Shown: positions 13,627 through 27,304 of the stretch, piece by piece
Position numbering within the stretch: the stretch's first letter is position 1
Layout of the letters: every line of letters starts with the position of its first letter
From: Octopus vulgaris
Lineage: Eukaryota
Reading direction: 5' to 3'
DNA length: 64,000 nucleotides
NCBI GenBank assembly: GCA_951406725.2
Contig: OX597816.1
Span: 4,650,001-4,714,000 of the forward strand
The notes under the pieces: model-generated
Seen by the model: the letters and a program-made list of their open reading frames with translations, nothing else
Told to the model about the DNA's origin: nothing
Database searches by the model: none
Position numbers and translations under genes: made by a program

Positions 13627-14080
13627 TCATCACCACTACCACCACCACCACCACCACCACCACCATCATCATCATCGTCATTGTCATCATTGTAAAAGTC
13701 ACTGTTGCAACGGCCATCGTCATAGACTTCATCATCATCATCGATATCATCATCATCATCTTCACAACCATCATCATCATCAGCAGCAGCAGCACCATCA
13801 TCATCGTCATCATCATCATCACCATATTCATCATCTTCATGATCATAGCACCATCATAATCAATGTAGTTGTCATCATCATCATCATCATCATCATCACC
13901 ATGATCATCGCCGTCATCATCGTTGTCATCATCATTGTCATGGTCGTCAGCACCAGCATCATCATTGTCTTTGTCACTGATGTCATCACTATCATCATCA
14001 CCATCATTATCTCCATCATCATCATCATCATTACTGTCCACATCATCATCATCATCATCATAATCATCACCATCATCATT
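13101..14080. repeat. (ATC)n/(ACC)n compound trinucleotide array
   Basis: Direct reading; explains ORFs 13085-14041 and 13162-13695. Confidence 0.95.
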
Positions 14081-14451
14081 GTTCTACATCTGCTCTATCC
14101 ATTCGTGTACGGTGGGGGGTGGTGTTGTTTTTCTCATCAAATGCTTCAAAGAATACCAAGGACACCATCTTGCTGATAACCTTCACTTTTGGCCTTCTCC
14201 CAGCTGCGCAATACACTCCCCAATGCCAACTAGTTTACAAAATATACTCACAATAGCATGCTAAACCCCTAAGGGAATATTATGCCCTCAACAAGACTAA
14301 AGGCCATCTCTTGACCCCTACAGTTTTTAACGTTGGTGCTGCAATAAAATGCACTCGGTGTATTTCATTGTAACAGCAGCATTAGACATTTTGGTGATGA
14401 GAGTTGGATGGATGACAGGAGGGGTATACATCATTTACATTATTTACATTA

Positions 14452-14648
14452 TTTACATTATTTACATTATTTACATTATTTACATTATTTACATTATTTA
14501 CATTATTTACATTATTTACATTTGATGGATATTTGTCCTCATCTTGTTTGTTGTTAACACAATGTTTCAGCTGATATACCCTCCAGTCTTTATCAGGTGT
14601 CTTGGGGAAATTTCAAATCTGAGTTCTCATTCCTAAGGCATTTTTTAA

Positions 14649-14689
<41 letters not shown>

Positions 14690-14718
14690 TTATTATTATT
14701 AATATTATTATTATTATT
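14452..14718 (-). mobile_element. Family H (hammerhead-bearing SINE) 3' part, decayed core, expanded (TGTAAATAA)n tail
   Basis: Homologous to 21340-21490; HHR core reads CTGATAA. Confidence 0.8.
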
Positions 14719-14871
14719 CAGTCAGATCTGGCAGAAACACTGCCAGATCTGACTGGCCTGGTGCAGCCTTCGGGCTTGCCAGCCCCCAGTTGAACTGTCC
14801 AACCCATGCTAGCATGGAAAGCGGACGTTAAACAAGGATGATGATGATGGTTATTATTATTAATATTATTA

Positions 14872-14957
<86 letters not shown>

Positions 14958-15620
14958 GAGTGAGAGAGCAGTGCATGCCATCCAAGTGACACTGGGGTAA
15001 AGACACCAACATCGGTCGTCAAGCAATGGTGGAAGAACAAACACATAAATAGGTGGACATTAAACAACGATGATGATGATGATCACAGGCATGGCTGTGT
15101 GGTAAGTAGCTTATATATACGACTGGCTTCTTGCAGTTTCCATCTACCAAATCCACTCACAAGGCTTTGGTCAGTCCGAGGCTGTAGCAAAAGACATTTG
15201 CCCAAGGTGTCACGCAGTGGAACTGAACCTCAAATCATGTGGTTGGGAAGCAAGCTACTTACCACACAGCCATGCCTGTGATCATCATCATCATCGTTGT
15301 TTAATGTCCACTTTCCATGCTGGCATGGGTTTGACAGTTTGACTGAAAACTAGTAAGCTGGGGAGTTGCACCAGGTTCCAATCTGATTTGACAAGGTTCC
15401 TATGGCTGGATGCCGTTCCTGACACCAATCACTCCGAAACTGTAGTGGGTGTTTTTTATGTGCCACCGGCATGGGTGCCAATGACCTGACACTGGATATG
15501 CTAATAAGTAGTGCCTGGTGCCAGAAATTTTTGACTCAAGTCTATCAGCATAAGTGGAGCCTAGACTGGTCAGTTTGTACTGGCATCGAGTCATACTAGT
15601 TGCAATAATGAAGTCAAGCC

Positions 15621-15824
15621 AAATAGTGATATTTTTGAAATCATTTAATATGCACATTTCAGGTCTGCTCAATATATAAAAGGAAATGCATCCATTATGT
15701 AAACCTTCCTCAGTTACTTGTGAAATGCTTTTACTGAGGAAGGTTTATGTAATGGATGCATTTCCTATCATATCAATCAAACCTGAAATGTGCATATTAA
15801 ATGATTTCAAAAATATCACTATTT
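15621..15824. mobile_element. Fold-back element with an HHR motif in each arm (15646-15716 minus, 15731-15799 plus)
   Basis: taa CTGAGGA aggttt...a(g/a)acct GAAA tgtgca TA tta in both orientations. Confidence 0.75.
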
Positions 15825-15885
15825 AATTTGTCGTCATGGTTACAACTATATGCACAAACACGCACAAAAATACATGCACCAGTTT

Positions 15886-16283
15886 TAATGTCTGTGGCAC
15901 TCAAGCCCCGTGCTAGTAGGGTGTTAAGAGCACCATCTGAGCATAAACGTTGCCAGAGTGGCTATCTGGCCTCTGTGCCAGTGGCACGTAAAAGGGCACC
16001 ATTCAAGCGTGATCATTACTAGCATTGCCTTACTGGCACCTGTGCCAGTGGCATGTGTAAAAGATTTGAGCGAGGTCATTGCCAGTACCGCCTGACTGGC
16101 CCTTGTGCCGGTGGCACGTAAAGGCACCCACTATACTCTCGGAGTGGTTGGCATTAGGAAGGGCATCTAGCTGTAGAAACTCTGCCAGATCAAGATTGAA
16201 GCCTGGTGCAGCCATCTGGTTTACCAGCCCTCAGTCAAATTGTCCAACCCATGCTAGCATGGGAAGCAGACGTTAATCGATAC

Positions 16284-16313
<30 letters not shown>
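15886..16313 (+). mobile_element. Family A copy
   Basis: Tandem units, core motif and (GAT)n tail. Confidence 0.8.
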
Positions 16314-16315
<2 letters not shown>

Positions 16316-16329
16316 GCTGTGCCATTCTT

Positions 16330-16500
16330 CTCTAGCACAGAGCATCAACAATCAGTTCAGTCATTTGTTGTCTCTTCCATCTGACACAGCTCAAGATTTT
16401 TTTCAACATTTCCTGCCAAGATTTCCTCACTCTCCCTCGGCCACAAATTCCATTCATTTTAAATCCACACCACTTCTTCATATTGCTGTCCCCTTGAAAG
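16330..16500 (-). mobile_element. Degenerate RTE ORF2 C-terminal fragment
   Basis: GICGRGRVRKSWQEML resembles the RTE GxRxRGRPRKTW motif. Confidence 0.55.
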
Positions 16501-16961
16501 TGACAGCTGTATGAATCCCCAGCTGTTTCCAAATCAATAAGCTCTACAACAAGTATTGAGCACACTTTTGTTATTTATAACCCCAAACACACATGTATAT
16601 AATGTGTGTGTATTTAGAGACACATACATAAATATAGAGGATGCATAAAAATATCCAATGTGACAATGCACATACACACACTCACATGCAGGCACACACA
16701 CATACGCACACACACGCACGTATGTATTCATACATAACACTGTGTGTGCATGCGTGTGCATGTGTGTGTGTGTATAAAAGTGTTTGTGTGTACATAAATC
16801 AACAAAACACTGCTCAGTCAGAAAGATCTTTTCATAGATTAATTAATAGAGAGATCGGGAGAGAAATGTATAAATAGATGTGTGTATGTGCATATGTGTG
16901 TGTCTCTGTGTATGTGTGTGTGTCTGTGTGTGTACATATATATTGTGCATGAGTATGTGTG

Positions 16962-16992
<31 letters not shown>

Positions 16993-17004
16993 TGTGCATG
17001 AGTA

Positions 17005-17044
<40 letters not shown>

Positions 17045-17662
17045 CATATACATATACATACATATATATATATATGTATGTATTGCCATATTTCGATTTC
17101 TATAACAGAATAATTTATTCTTTTGCTTCAAGTAACATAAATTCTCAGTGAAGAATGGTGGAGGTGGCGATGGAGGCAGTGGTGGCAGAGGTGGTGGGGT
17201 TGTGGTGGCGATGGAGAGGAAAAAAACCAAGCACAAAATGTTGGAATTCAATGAATTGATGGCCTATTGATTTTAGTTTCTGTGTTTATTGCAAAGAAGA
17301 AGAAGAAGAAGGAGAGAGGGAGAGGGAGAGAGAGAGAGGGAGAGAGAGAGGGAGAGAGAGAGGGAGAGAGAGAGGGAGGGAGAGCCATTGACGAAGTCAA
17401 TTTGGTAAATGACAGCCAGCCAAAAGACTGAAAGTTCATATCCTGTCACTTTTGTGTCAATGATGAAGACATTTTATGTTCAATGGCAAAGTTTACCAAG
17501 CACTTAATAGGTACCAGGTGGTAGTATAATTAATCTCTCTATACAGCTGCCCCATGAGGTGGAGGAGGGTGGGGGACTTGGAAGAATCACATGACCTGCA
17601 AGAAATAACACCCAAATCTCCACAAATTATACTTTGTCTTTCTTGAATAAAAAAAAAAGACA

Positions 17663-17665
<3 letters not shown>

Positions 17666-17705
<40 letters not shown>

Positions 17706-18180
17706 TTAACGTCCGCTTTCCATGCCAGCATGGGTTGGATGATTTGACTGAGGTCTGGCAAACCAGACTCCAATCTTGATCTGGCAGAGTTTCTACAGCT
17801 GGATGCCCTTCCTAACGCCAACCACTCCGTGAATGTAGTGGGTGCTTTTACGTGCCACCAACACGAGGGCCAGTTTGGTGGTACTGGCAACAGTCACACC
17901 CAAATGGTGCTTTTTACGTGCCACCTGCACAGGAGCCAGTCCAGTGGCACTAGCGACGACCTTGCTCGAATGTTTCATGTGCCACCAGAACAAGTGTTGT
18001 AAGGCAACGCAGGTAACGATCACACTCAAATGGTGTGCTTAACGTGCCACCGGCACGAAGGCCAGCTTGTTGCTCTGGCAACGATCTCACTCGTATGGTA
18101 CTCTTAGCACTCCACTAGCAATGGATGCCAGTCACCGAGTTTGATTTCAACTTCGATTTCACTTTCTTCAACAGGTCTTC
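17666..18180 (-). mobile_element. Family A copy (long)
   Basis: (CAT)n tail, core motif and several diverged units. Confidence 0.8.
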
Positions 18181-18949
18181 GATTATGTTGGATAATGAAA
18201 TGAATTGCTGATGTATGAAATAACCAGACTGGCCATGGTTGGGATGTCTTTGGCTATAGACCTATCGGATCAGGGCTGGCCTGGGGTTAAAACAAACAGT
18301 AACATCAATGTGAATTTATAGTGAAGAGTTCGATTCCTGCCTCACATTACAATTATATTCAAATTAGGAAAGATTTAGGATCTAGTTGGTTTGATTGCCA
18401 GCATTTCAAATATTACAGTTAATCAAAAATTTTTAAACTTGGTATAATAATGTACTTTTCCAAGCTGAATTGCTGGAGTTATTTCAATTTTTCCAGAAAA
18501 ATGTTTTTAAAACGTTATAGAGGTTTAAAGTTTGATCATTTCTACCTAGTCAGGAAACAGGCTATGGAAGCTGTCATTTTGTGAACGACAGCACGTGTTG
18601 TCAACCGAAAACAAATCAAATTCTGCTAGACCCATTTCTACTCCTATTTCATTTTTTGGTATTTTCAGAAAAATTTGGTGTATATGTATTCTACACATAG
18701 GAATTCATGCGATTGTCCAAAAATAAAACAAAAGTATTTTTTGGTACATGAGTCAAGGCCTATTTGGCTGCTATTTTTAGCACATCTGACAACCACCTCA
18801 ATGAGTGGAAAGTATGTGTCAATATGTGCTTTCTTGCACAAATAGTTCTCATGCTTGGCTTGTTACTATGGAAACAGGTATGAATGTGTCTGTGGCTAAC
18901 AATTGACTAAAATACTCCAAATTTTCAAACTTTATTTGCTAATAACTCT

Positions 18950-18950
<1 letters not shown>

Positions 18951-18994
<44 letters not shown>

Positions 18995-19230
18995 GTTTAA
19001 CGTCCACTTTCTATGCTGGCATGGGTTGGACGGTTTAACTGAGGACTGGCAAGCCAGGAGGCTGCACCAGGTTCCAATCTGATCTGGCAAGGTTTCTATA
19101 GCTGGATGCCCTTCCTAATGCCAACCACTCCGAGAGTGTAGTGGATGCTTTTCACATACCACCAGCACAGGAGCCAGTCAACCACGTCTTGATGGTGCTT
19201 TTTACATGCCACCGGCAGAGGAGCCAGTCT
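18951..19230 (-). mobile_element. Family A copy
   Basis: Core motif and tail. Confidence 0.8.
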
Positions 19231-19719
19231 GATTTATAACAAAAATGCTTTTCACGGCATTCATTAGCCTATTAAAGTAAACAAGTCACCCTGTGATAAA
19301 CTTGTGTCCAGTTCAGGGAAATGTTCTGATCTTGGTCACTTACACAGCATGAAAACTAAGTTAACAAGCCCCTGAGGTCCTGAGCCTTGAGGCACTGGTG
19401 TCTTTGAGTTCATTTATATATATACATTTATACAAAATATGTGGGTTTATTTCATAAGTGATATAAATGATTAGGTATGCTAAGTGCTGTAACGGATTAC
19501 CAGGGCTCCAAGGTTATAGCCGAGACAGTAGTTATGGAGCCATTGCAGATTTCCGATATAGCAGATATATAATTGTTAAAGGAGGACAACAAACGTTAAG
19601 GCAAAGCAAACATCTCGAGTCATAAACATTATTATTATTGGAAAAAATTTAATAATAATATTGCATACAACTTTGAGATGCTTGTCTTACATTAATGCTT
19701 GTTGTCCTCTTTAACAATT

Positions 19720-19755
<36 letters not shown>

Positions 19756-19826
19756 TATATACTGGAGTAAACACATAAATGTGAACAAGGTGGAAAAAAG
19801 AGTACTCAAATACCAGTGGTAGAGTA

Positions 19827-20145
<319 letters not shown>

Positions 20146-21339
20146 GTATATACACTTAACATATATGCATCGTGTATTTTCCAATAGGTTGTGATTTAGC
20201 ATGGTAGAGAATACTCTCTCAACATGCAAGGTGTCAAAACACCTGAAAGTCATGGACAGGTGAAATAACTTACCTCTGATCCCATCCAGGAGTGATGGAC
20301 ACCAGTGCTTCACCATTTTTGTGACTTATCAACATCATGTACCTGAACAGGATCAGAGATGAACTATTTTTATTTCTTTATTGCCGAACATAGAGGGGAC
20401 AAACAAGGACAGACAAAAGGATTAAGTCGATTACATTGAACCCAGTGCGTAACTGGTACTTATTCAATCGACTTCGAAAGTATGAAAGGCTAAGTTGACC
20501 TCAGCGGAAATTGAACTCAGGACGTAACGGCAGAGGAAATACCACCAAGCATTTTGCCCTGTGTGTTAACCTTTCTGCCAGTTTGCTGCCTTGAACTATT
20601 TTGCCCGTCCATATGTGTGTGTCTTTGTGTCAGTGTTTGTCCCCCACCACTGCTTGACAACCGGGGTTGGTTTGTTTATGTCTCAGTAATTTACTCATTC
20701 AGCAAAAGAGAACTGTAGAATACATACCAGGCTTTAAAAATAAAAAAACGCACTGGAATCAATTTGTTTGACTAAAAATTCTTCAATGCAGTGCCCCAGT
20801 ATGGCCACGGTCTAATGACTGAAGCCGGTAAATGAATAAAAGACAAATACGACAAGGAACAGTGGTGGAAATCAGTATTAGAATCTTCTCGGTAGATTTG
20901 GGATCAGACATTGCTTTTGGGGTCAACAACATTGCTTCTGATAAGGATATCAAAGTTAGAATTAGGAATTAGGATTTAAATATCTTTAGAGTCTTTAAGG
21001 GCCAAAATTATATTCCTCACACCATTACTGTAAAGAATTTGGATATCTAGAACTCCAAGATATCTCTCATTGAATATACAGACAGTTCGCAAAAGAAAGC
21101 AGGGAACTTTGCTTATGATTCATCCAGCTCTGAGTGTTTTATGAAACTTTTGAAGCACTTGTCTTCGTAAGTGACAAAGGGGACAGTAAGGGACAACAAA
21201 TGCACCTGTACAGTAGCTTTAGTTTTTGTCTCCTATTTACGATAGACACGCTTTCATTTATACATATTCAGTCAGATACAAATATACACCATTCATATCC
21301 AGCACAAGTCCATAAACTCAAACAAAAGATGAGCCTACA

Positions 21340-21562
21340 CACATTATTTACATTTGACGGATATTTGTCCCCATCTTGTTTGTTGTTAACACAACGTTTC
21401 GGCTGATATACCCTCCAGCCTTCATCAGGTGTCTTGGGAAAATTTCAAAACTGGGTTCTCATTCCTAAGGTATTTTTTGATGTTATTATTATTAAGGTCA
21501 CTGACTGAAATCGAACTCGGAATCATTGGTTAGTAGCCAGCGCTCTTGACCACTACGCCATT
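21340..21562 (-). mobile_element. Family H: tRNA-headed SINE-like element ending in a hammerhead ribozyme
   Basis: A box TGGCGTAGTGG (21550-21560), B-box-like GAGTTCGATT, (AAT)n spacer, HHR, then TGTAAATAA tail. Confidence 0.85.
21388..21433 (-). ncRNA. Intact minimal type I hammerhead ribozyme (palindromic stem III, GUU site)
   Basis: gacac CTGATGA a ggctg gagggtatat cagcc GAAA cg TT gtgtt. Stem I gacac/gtgtt, stem II ggctg/cagcc, AACGTT palindrome. Confidence 0.8.
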
Positions 21563-21648
21563 TGAAGAGTCTACATATTTAAACAAATGAACCAATATAT
21601 TCACCTGATTAATATTGAATTCACTCATTTTTACTTTCCAATTAATAT

Positions 21649-22050
21649 AAGGCGGCGAGGCTGGCAGAAACATTAGCAGGCCAGACGAAATGCTTAGCGG
21701 TATTTCATCTGCTGTTACATTCTGAGTTCAAATTCCACCAAGGTCAACTTTGCCTTTCATCCTTTCGGGGTCGATTAAATAATTACCAGTTACGCACTGG
21801 GATCGATATAATCGACTTAATCCCCTTGTCTGTCCTTGTTTGTCCCCTCTGTGTGCAATCCTTTTTGGGTAGTAAAGAAATAGGTATTTCGTCTGTCCTT
21901 ACATTCTGAGTTCAAATTCTGCTGAGGTTGACTTTGCCTTTCATCCTTTCGGGGTCGCTAAACTAAGTACCAGTTGCATACTGGGGTTAAATCTAATCAA
22001 CTGGCCCCCTCCCCAAAATTTCGGGCCTTGTGCCTAGATTGAAAAAGACT
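21649..22050 (+). mobile_element. SINE family B dimer
   Basis: Same head and body as 9407-9821. Confidence 0.85.
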
Positions 22051-22138
22051 TTCCATTTAATATTCTAATAACACTTTATTATAATTTAAATGTACAAAGT
22101 CAGATGAAACGAGTTCAAATTCTATGGCTATTTTAAGT

Positions 22139-22570
22139 AAGGCGAAGGAGTGGCTGTTTGGTAAGTAGCTTGCTAACCAACCACATGGTTCCGGGTTCAG
22201 TCCCACTGCGTGGAATCTTGGGCAAGTGTCTTCTGCTATAGCCCCGGGCTGACCAATGCCTTGTGAGTGGATTTGGTAGACGGAAACTGAAAGAAGCCTG
22301 TCGTATATATATATATATATATATAAGTGTGTGTGAATATGTTTGTGTGTCTGTGTTTGTTCCCCTAGCATTGCTTGACAACCGATGCTGGTGTGTTTAC
22401 GTCCCCGTCACTTAGCGGTTTGGCAAAAGAGACCGATAGAATAAGTACTGGGCTTACAAAGAATAAGTCCCGGGGTCGAGTTGCTCGACTAAAGGCGGTG
22501 CTCCAGCATGGCCGCAGTCAAATGACTGAAACAAGTAAAAAGAGTAAAACAAAAGAGTAAAGAGAGAGTA
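22139..22570 (+). mobile_element. SINE family C, full length
   Basis: Near-identical inverted match to 12053-12463. Confidence 0.9.
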
Positions 22571-22993
22571 ATCAGACCGCTGTATCTGAGAACTACAAAA
22601 CACATGAGAAAGCCTTTCTACAATTTAATTACATGGAAACCACAACAGACTTCTATGCATACAGCATGCAAACCATGTGTGGGAATGCCTGGACAATGCA
22701 TCTGTAAGAATAAGTTCCGATGTGGAATAGAAGCAATGCTGGTTCAATAACCATTATCAAGCACATATACTTAATGTATATGCCTCGTGGACTGATGCAG
22801 TGGTTCTTCTCTGATCCTGTTCAGGTGTGTGATGCTGACAAGACACCAACATTGATGAAACATCGTTGTCCATCACTCCTGGATGGGATTAGAGGTTATC
22901 TTGTCTGTTGATGGCTTTTATGTAGTTTAACACCCAACGCCTTGAGAGAAGAATACTCTCCACCATTCCAAGTCACAGCCTACTGGCAAATAC

Positions 22994-23043
<50 letters not shown>

Positions 23044-23106
23044 ATACAATAATAATAATAACAAAATACAATAATAATAATAACAAAATACAATAATAAT
23101 AATAAC

Positions 23107-23421
23107 AAAATACAAAGACCTGGAAATAGAGGTAACTCGAATGTGGAGCCTAAAAACAGAAACATTTCCTATCATAGTAGGTGCATTAGGCATGATAAAA
23201 AAATATTCAGACAAATACATAACAAAAACTCCAGGACTTACAAACACATATAACATACAGAAAATTACACTACTGGGCACTGCACACATCCTACGCAGAA
23301 CACTTTCCATACAATAACCATCAGAGCATCACAACAAATCACAGCACATACCCAAAGCACACAGAGCTGCGCTCGGTAGTGAATGAAAGCACGCTATAAA
23401 AAAAAGACTACTGAATAATAA
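23107..23421 (+). mobile_element. R4/Dong-like LINE 3' end (restriction-like endonuclease C-terminus plus 3' UTR) within (AAT)n
   Basis: KYKDLEIEVTRMWSLKTETFPIIVGALGMIKKYSDKYITKTPGLTNTYNIQKITLLGTAHILRRTLSIQ*; (AAT)n on both sides. Confidence 0.85.
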
Positions 23422-23425
23422 TGAA

Positions 23426-23485
<60 letters not shown>

Positions 23486-23509
23486 GATGGTGGTGATGAT
23501 GATGATGCA

Positions 23510-23835
23510 GATGGATTTGAGGCAGATGGAATCAAACTCAATGACATGAAGGAAAAGACAAAAAGAGAGCACCTGTGGCGAGTGAGAAAAATATTGGCTT
23601 CAAAGCTGAATGCCCGAAACATAATTTTGGTAACCAACTTGTGTGCCGTCGTTGTCATTCAGTATGGCACCGTAATCCTGAAGTGGACAGAGAAGGAGCT
23701 AAAGGAGATGAACAGGAAGTCGAGAAAGCTCCTAACAATGCATGGAGCTCATCGTCCATGTGTTGACACTGATCTCCCTATACATGAAGAGAGCACATGG
23801 AGGAAGAGAAACAGATAAGTATGGAAGGCTGCATG
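23510..23835 (+). mobile_element. R4/Dong-like LINE post-RT fragment
   Basis: RVRKILASKLNARNII...ILKWTEKELKEMNRKSRKLLTMHGAH (ORF 23546-23818). Confidence 0.8.
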
Positions 23836-24245
23836 AGTATTTTGTAGTCTTTTGCATGTAGCATGGATTTATCTGATCATGTGAAGACTTCTCTTGGTCT
23901 TCCTACCTTTAACCATTCCGTCTTCATGATAAAGTTATTCTGTCATGAGAGTTTAGCATTGGAATTATATGGTTTCTCAAGAATTTCTCAAAGACGATCG
24001 GCCTACTTCATTCCTGAGGCTGATTGATGACTTCTAAGAAGCTGCATTACTGTCTTCAATGAGGATGGTAATAAAGGTGATGGCATTGCATCTTATGGTA
24101 GCTGAAGAATTTGGGGAACAATAAAAAGACTTCAGAAGGATGCTTTAAAGCATTCAGCCTCTACTCTTCCTCCTCCTCCTACCTCTGGGTACTTTCCAAT
24201 ATCCCTTTTCCTCCCTTACTGCCACGGTACCCACCCAGATGCTAA

Positions 24246-24246
24246 C

Positions 24247-24279
<33 letters not shown>

Positions 24280-24918
24280 GGTGGTGGTGGTGGTGGTGGT
24301 GGTGGTGGTGATGTGGTGGTGGTGTAGTGGTGGTGGTGGTGGTGGTGGTGGTGGTGGTGGTGGTGGTGGTGGTGATGATGATGGTGGTGGTGGTGGTGAT
24401 GATGGTGGTGGTGGTGGTGGTGGTGGTGATGGTGGTGGTGGTGGTGGTGGTGGTGGTGGTGGTGGTGGTGGTGGTGGTGGTGGTGGTGGTGGTGGTGGTG
24501 GTGGTGGTGGTGGTGGTGGTGGTGGTGTTGATGGTGGTGGTGGTGGTGGTGGTGATGGTGGTGGTGGTGGTGGTGATGATGGTGGTGGTGGTGGTGGTGG
24601 TGATGATGATGGTGGTGGTGGTAGTGGTAGTGGTGATGATAATGATATTGAGTATGATGGTGGTGGGAGTGGTGATGATGATGATGATGGTGGTGGTGGT
24701 TGTGGTGGTGGTGGTGGTGGTGGTGATGATGATGGTGTTGGTGGTAGTGGTAATGATGATGATGATGGTGGTGGTGGTTGTGGTGGTGGTGGTGGTGGTG
24801 ATGATGATGATGGTCGTGGTGGTGGTGGTGATGATGATGGTGTTGGTGGTAGTGGTGATGATGATGATGATGGTGGTGGGTGTGATGATGGTTACAGTGA
24901 TGATGATGATGATGATGA
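24246..24918. repeat. (GGT)n/(GAT)n array
   Basis: Direct reading. Confidence 0.95.
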
Positions 24919-25141
24919 AGGTAGATTTGAAATGAAAATAAAAATAATATTTGTTAATTTTTCCCAGCCAGAACAAAACAAAACAAAACAAAACAAAACA
25001 AAACAAAAAAATAAAATAAAATGAAATAAAAATATTTTCTAAGAAATGTGGCTAAAATAAATTGAATTGCTTACCGAATACTAATTATTATTGATTTCTA
25101 TAAAACTGAAACTGCAAAACTGACAGCTTTAGTTTTCTTAC

Positions 25142-25159
25142 AATAATAATAGTAATAGA

Positions 25160-25194
<35 letters not shown>

Positions 25195-25222
25195 TAATAA
25201 TAATAATAATAATAACAACAAC

Positions 25223-25269
<47 letters not shown>

Positions 25270-25552
25270 TAATAATAATAAATGATAATAATGATAATAG
25301 TAATAATAATAACAACAACAACAACAATAATAATAATAATGATAATATAATGATAATAATAATAATAATAACAATAATAATAATAATAAATGATAATAAT
25401 GATAATAATAATAATAACAACAACAATAATAATAATAATAATAATAATGATAATACTAATAATAATAATAATAATAACAATAATAATAATAAATGATAAT
25501 AATGATAATAGTAATAATAATAATAATAACAATAATAATAATAATAATAATG

Positions 25553-25583
<31 letters not shown>

Positions 25584-25812
25584 TAATAATAATAAAAATG
25601 ATAATAATGATAATAGTAATAATAATAATAATAACAATAATAATAATAATAAATGATAATAATGATAATAATAATAATAACAACAACAATAATAATAATA
25701 ATAATAATAATGATAATACTAATAATAATAATAATAATAACAATAATAATAATAAATGATAATAATGATAATAATAATAATAACAACAACAATAATAATA
25801 ATAATAATAATG

Positions 25813-25843
<31 letters not shown>

Positions 25844-25909
25844 TAATAATAATAAATGATAATAATGATAATAATAACAACAACAACAATAATAATAATA
25901 ATAATAATG

Positions 25910-25949
<40 letters not shown>

Positions 25950-26170
25950 TAATAATAACAACAACAACAATGACAACAAAAACGACGACAACAACAATAA
26001 TAATAACAACAATAAGAACAACAACAGCAGCAACAACAACAACAACAACAATAATAATAATAATAACAACAATAATAGTAATAATGATGATGATAACAGC
26101 AACAATAATAAAAATAATAATAATAATAATAACAATAATAATGATGATGATGATGATGATGATGATGATG
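25142..26170. repeat. (AAT)n/(AAC)n array with recurring variant blocks
   Basis: Direct reading. Confidence 0.95.
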
Positions 26171-26384
26171 GCAATTTCTTATAATAGTTTATGGCTATAA
26201 ATCTATAGAAATGGAAAATAATTGATTGAATAGTTCCAGAAAAATACTTAACTTTTATTTTTGTCTGAATTGTGAAAAAATAAAAAAAATGTGAATCTAA
26301 ACATTGCCAGGAATTTCATTGGTTGCTCTACCGCTTCTTCTGCCATGATATACCTTCAATGCCTCAATGTATACCATTATTGCT

Positions 26385-26467
26385 GGTGCTGCTACTGCTG
26401 CTGCTACTGCTACTAATAATAACTACAACAGCAACAACAACTACTACTGCTACTACCAGCACCACCA

Positions 26468-26510
<43 letters not shown>

Positions 26511-26736
26511 TACCACCACCACCACCACCACCACCACCACCACCACCACCACCATCATCATCACCATCACCACCACCACCACTACTACTACCACTACCAC
26601 CACCACCACCACCACCACCACCACTACTACTACTACCACCACCACCACCACCACCACTACTACTACCACCACTACCACCACCACCACCACCACCACCACC
26701 ACCACCACCACCACCACCACCACCACCACCACCACC

Positions 26737-26792
<56 letters not shown>
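26385..26792. repeat. (ACC)n/(ACT)n array
   Basis: Direct reading. Confidence 0.95.
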
Positions 26793-27304
26793 AGATTATG
26801 ATAGTAATGAACTTTGCCTTTCATCCTTTCAGGGTTGATAAAGTAAGTACCAGTTGAATAACGGGGTCAATAATGGGGTCAATTGACTTGACCCCATCCT
26901 CTAAACTGCTGGCCTTGTGCCAAAATTTGAAACCATTATTAAACACGTAGTTTAAGGTTTTATATGTTCAAACAACTCAAACAAAAACAATCAAAGCAAC
27001 AAAGAAACAAAACAAATAATCTTCAATCATAACCGACACCATTTTGTTAAAAAGAAAGAAATCAACAATTCTATGAAATAAATTGAATGGCAAAATAGAC
27101 GATGATTAATTTCATTGTATCAGCTTATTTCAATCATTTTGTGAAAGGTGTCTTGTAACAGGTATTTCAGAGACAGCTTCCTCTCAAAACGCTGTCACCA
27201 AAGAGAAAGGTTTTCCTCTTTATGGAAACCTCCAGAATAAAATTTAAATTAAAGGAGAATACTGGACTTCATTGAAGTTTCCATTGATCCCGTGAACTCA
27301 TGTT

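Noticed and set aside
13085-14176. Long Met/Val, Ser/Pro and Asp ORFs
   Set aside because: Trinucleotide repeat artefacts.
22515-22545. Family C tail cagtc-aaat-gactGAAAcaagTA as a hammerhead half
   Set aside because: No upstream CUGANGA; better explained as the LINE-derived 3' stem-loop shared with 45903-45967.
24239-25024. 261-aa Gly/Asp-rich ORF
   Set aside because: Pure (GGT/GAT)n microsatellite, open in several frames and on both strands.
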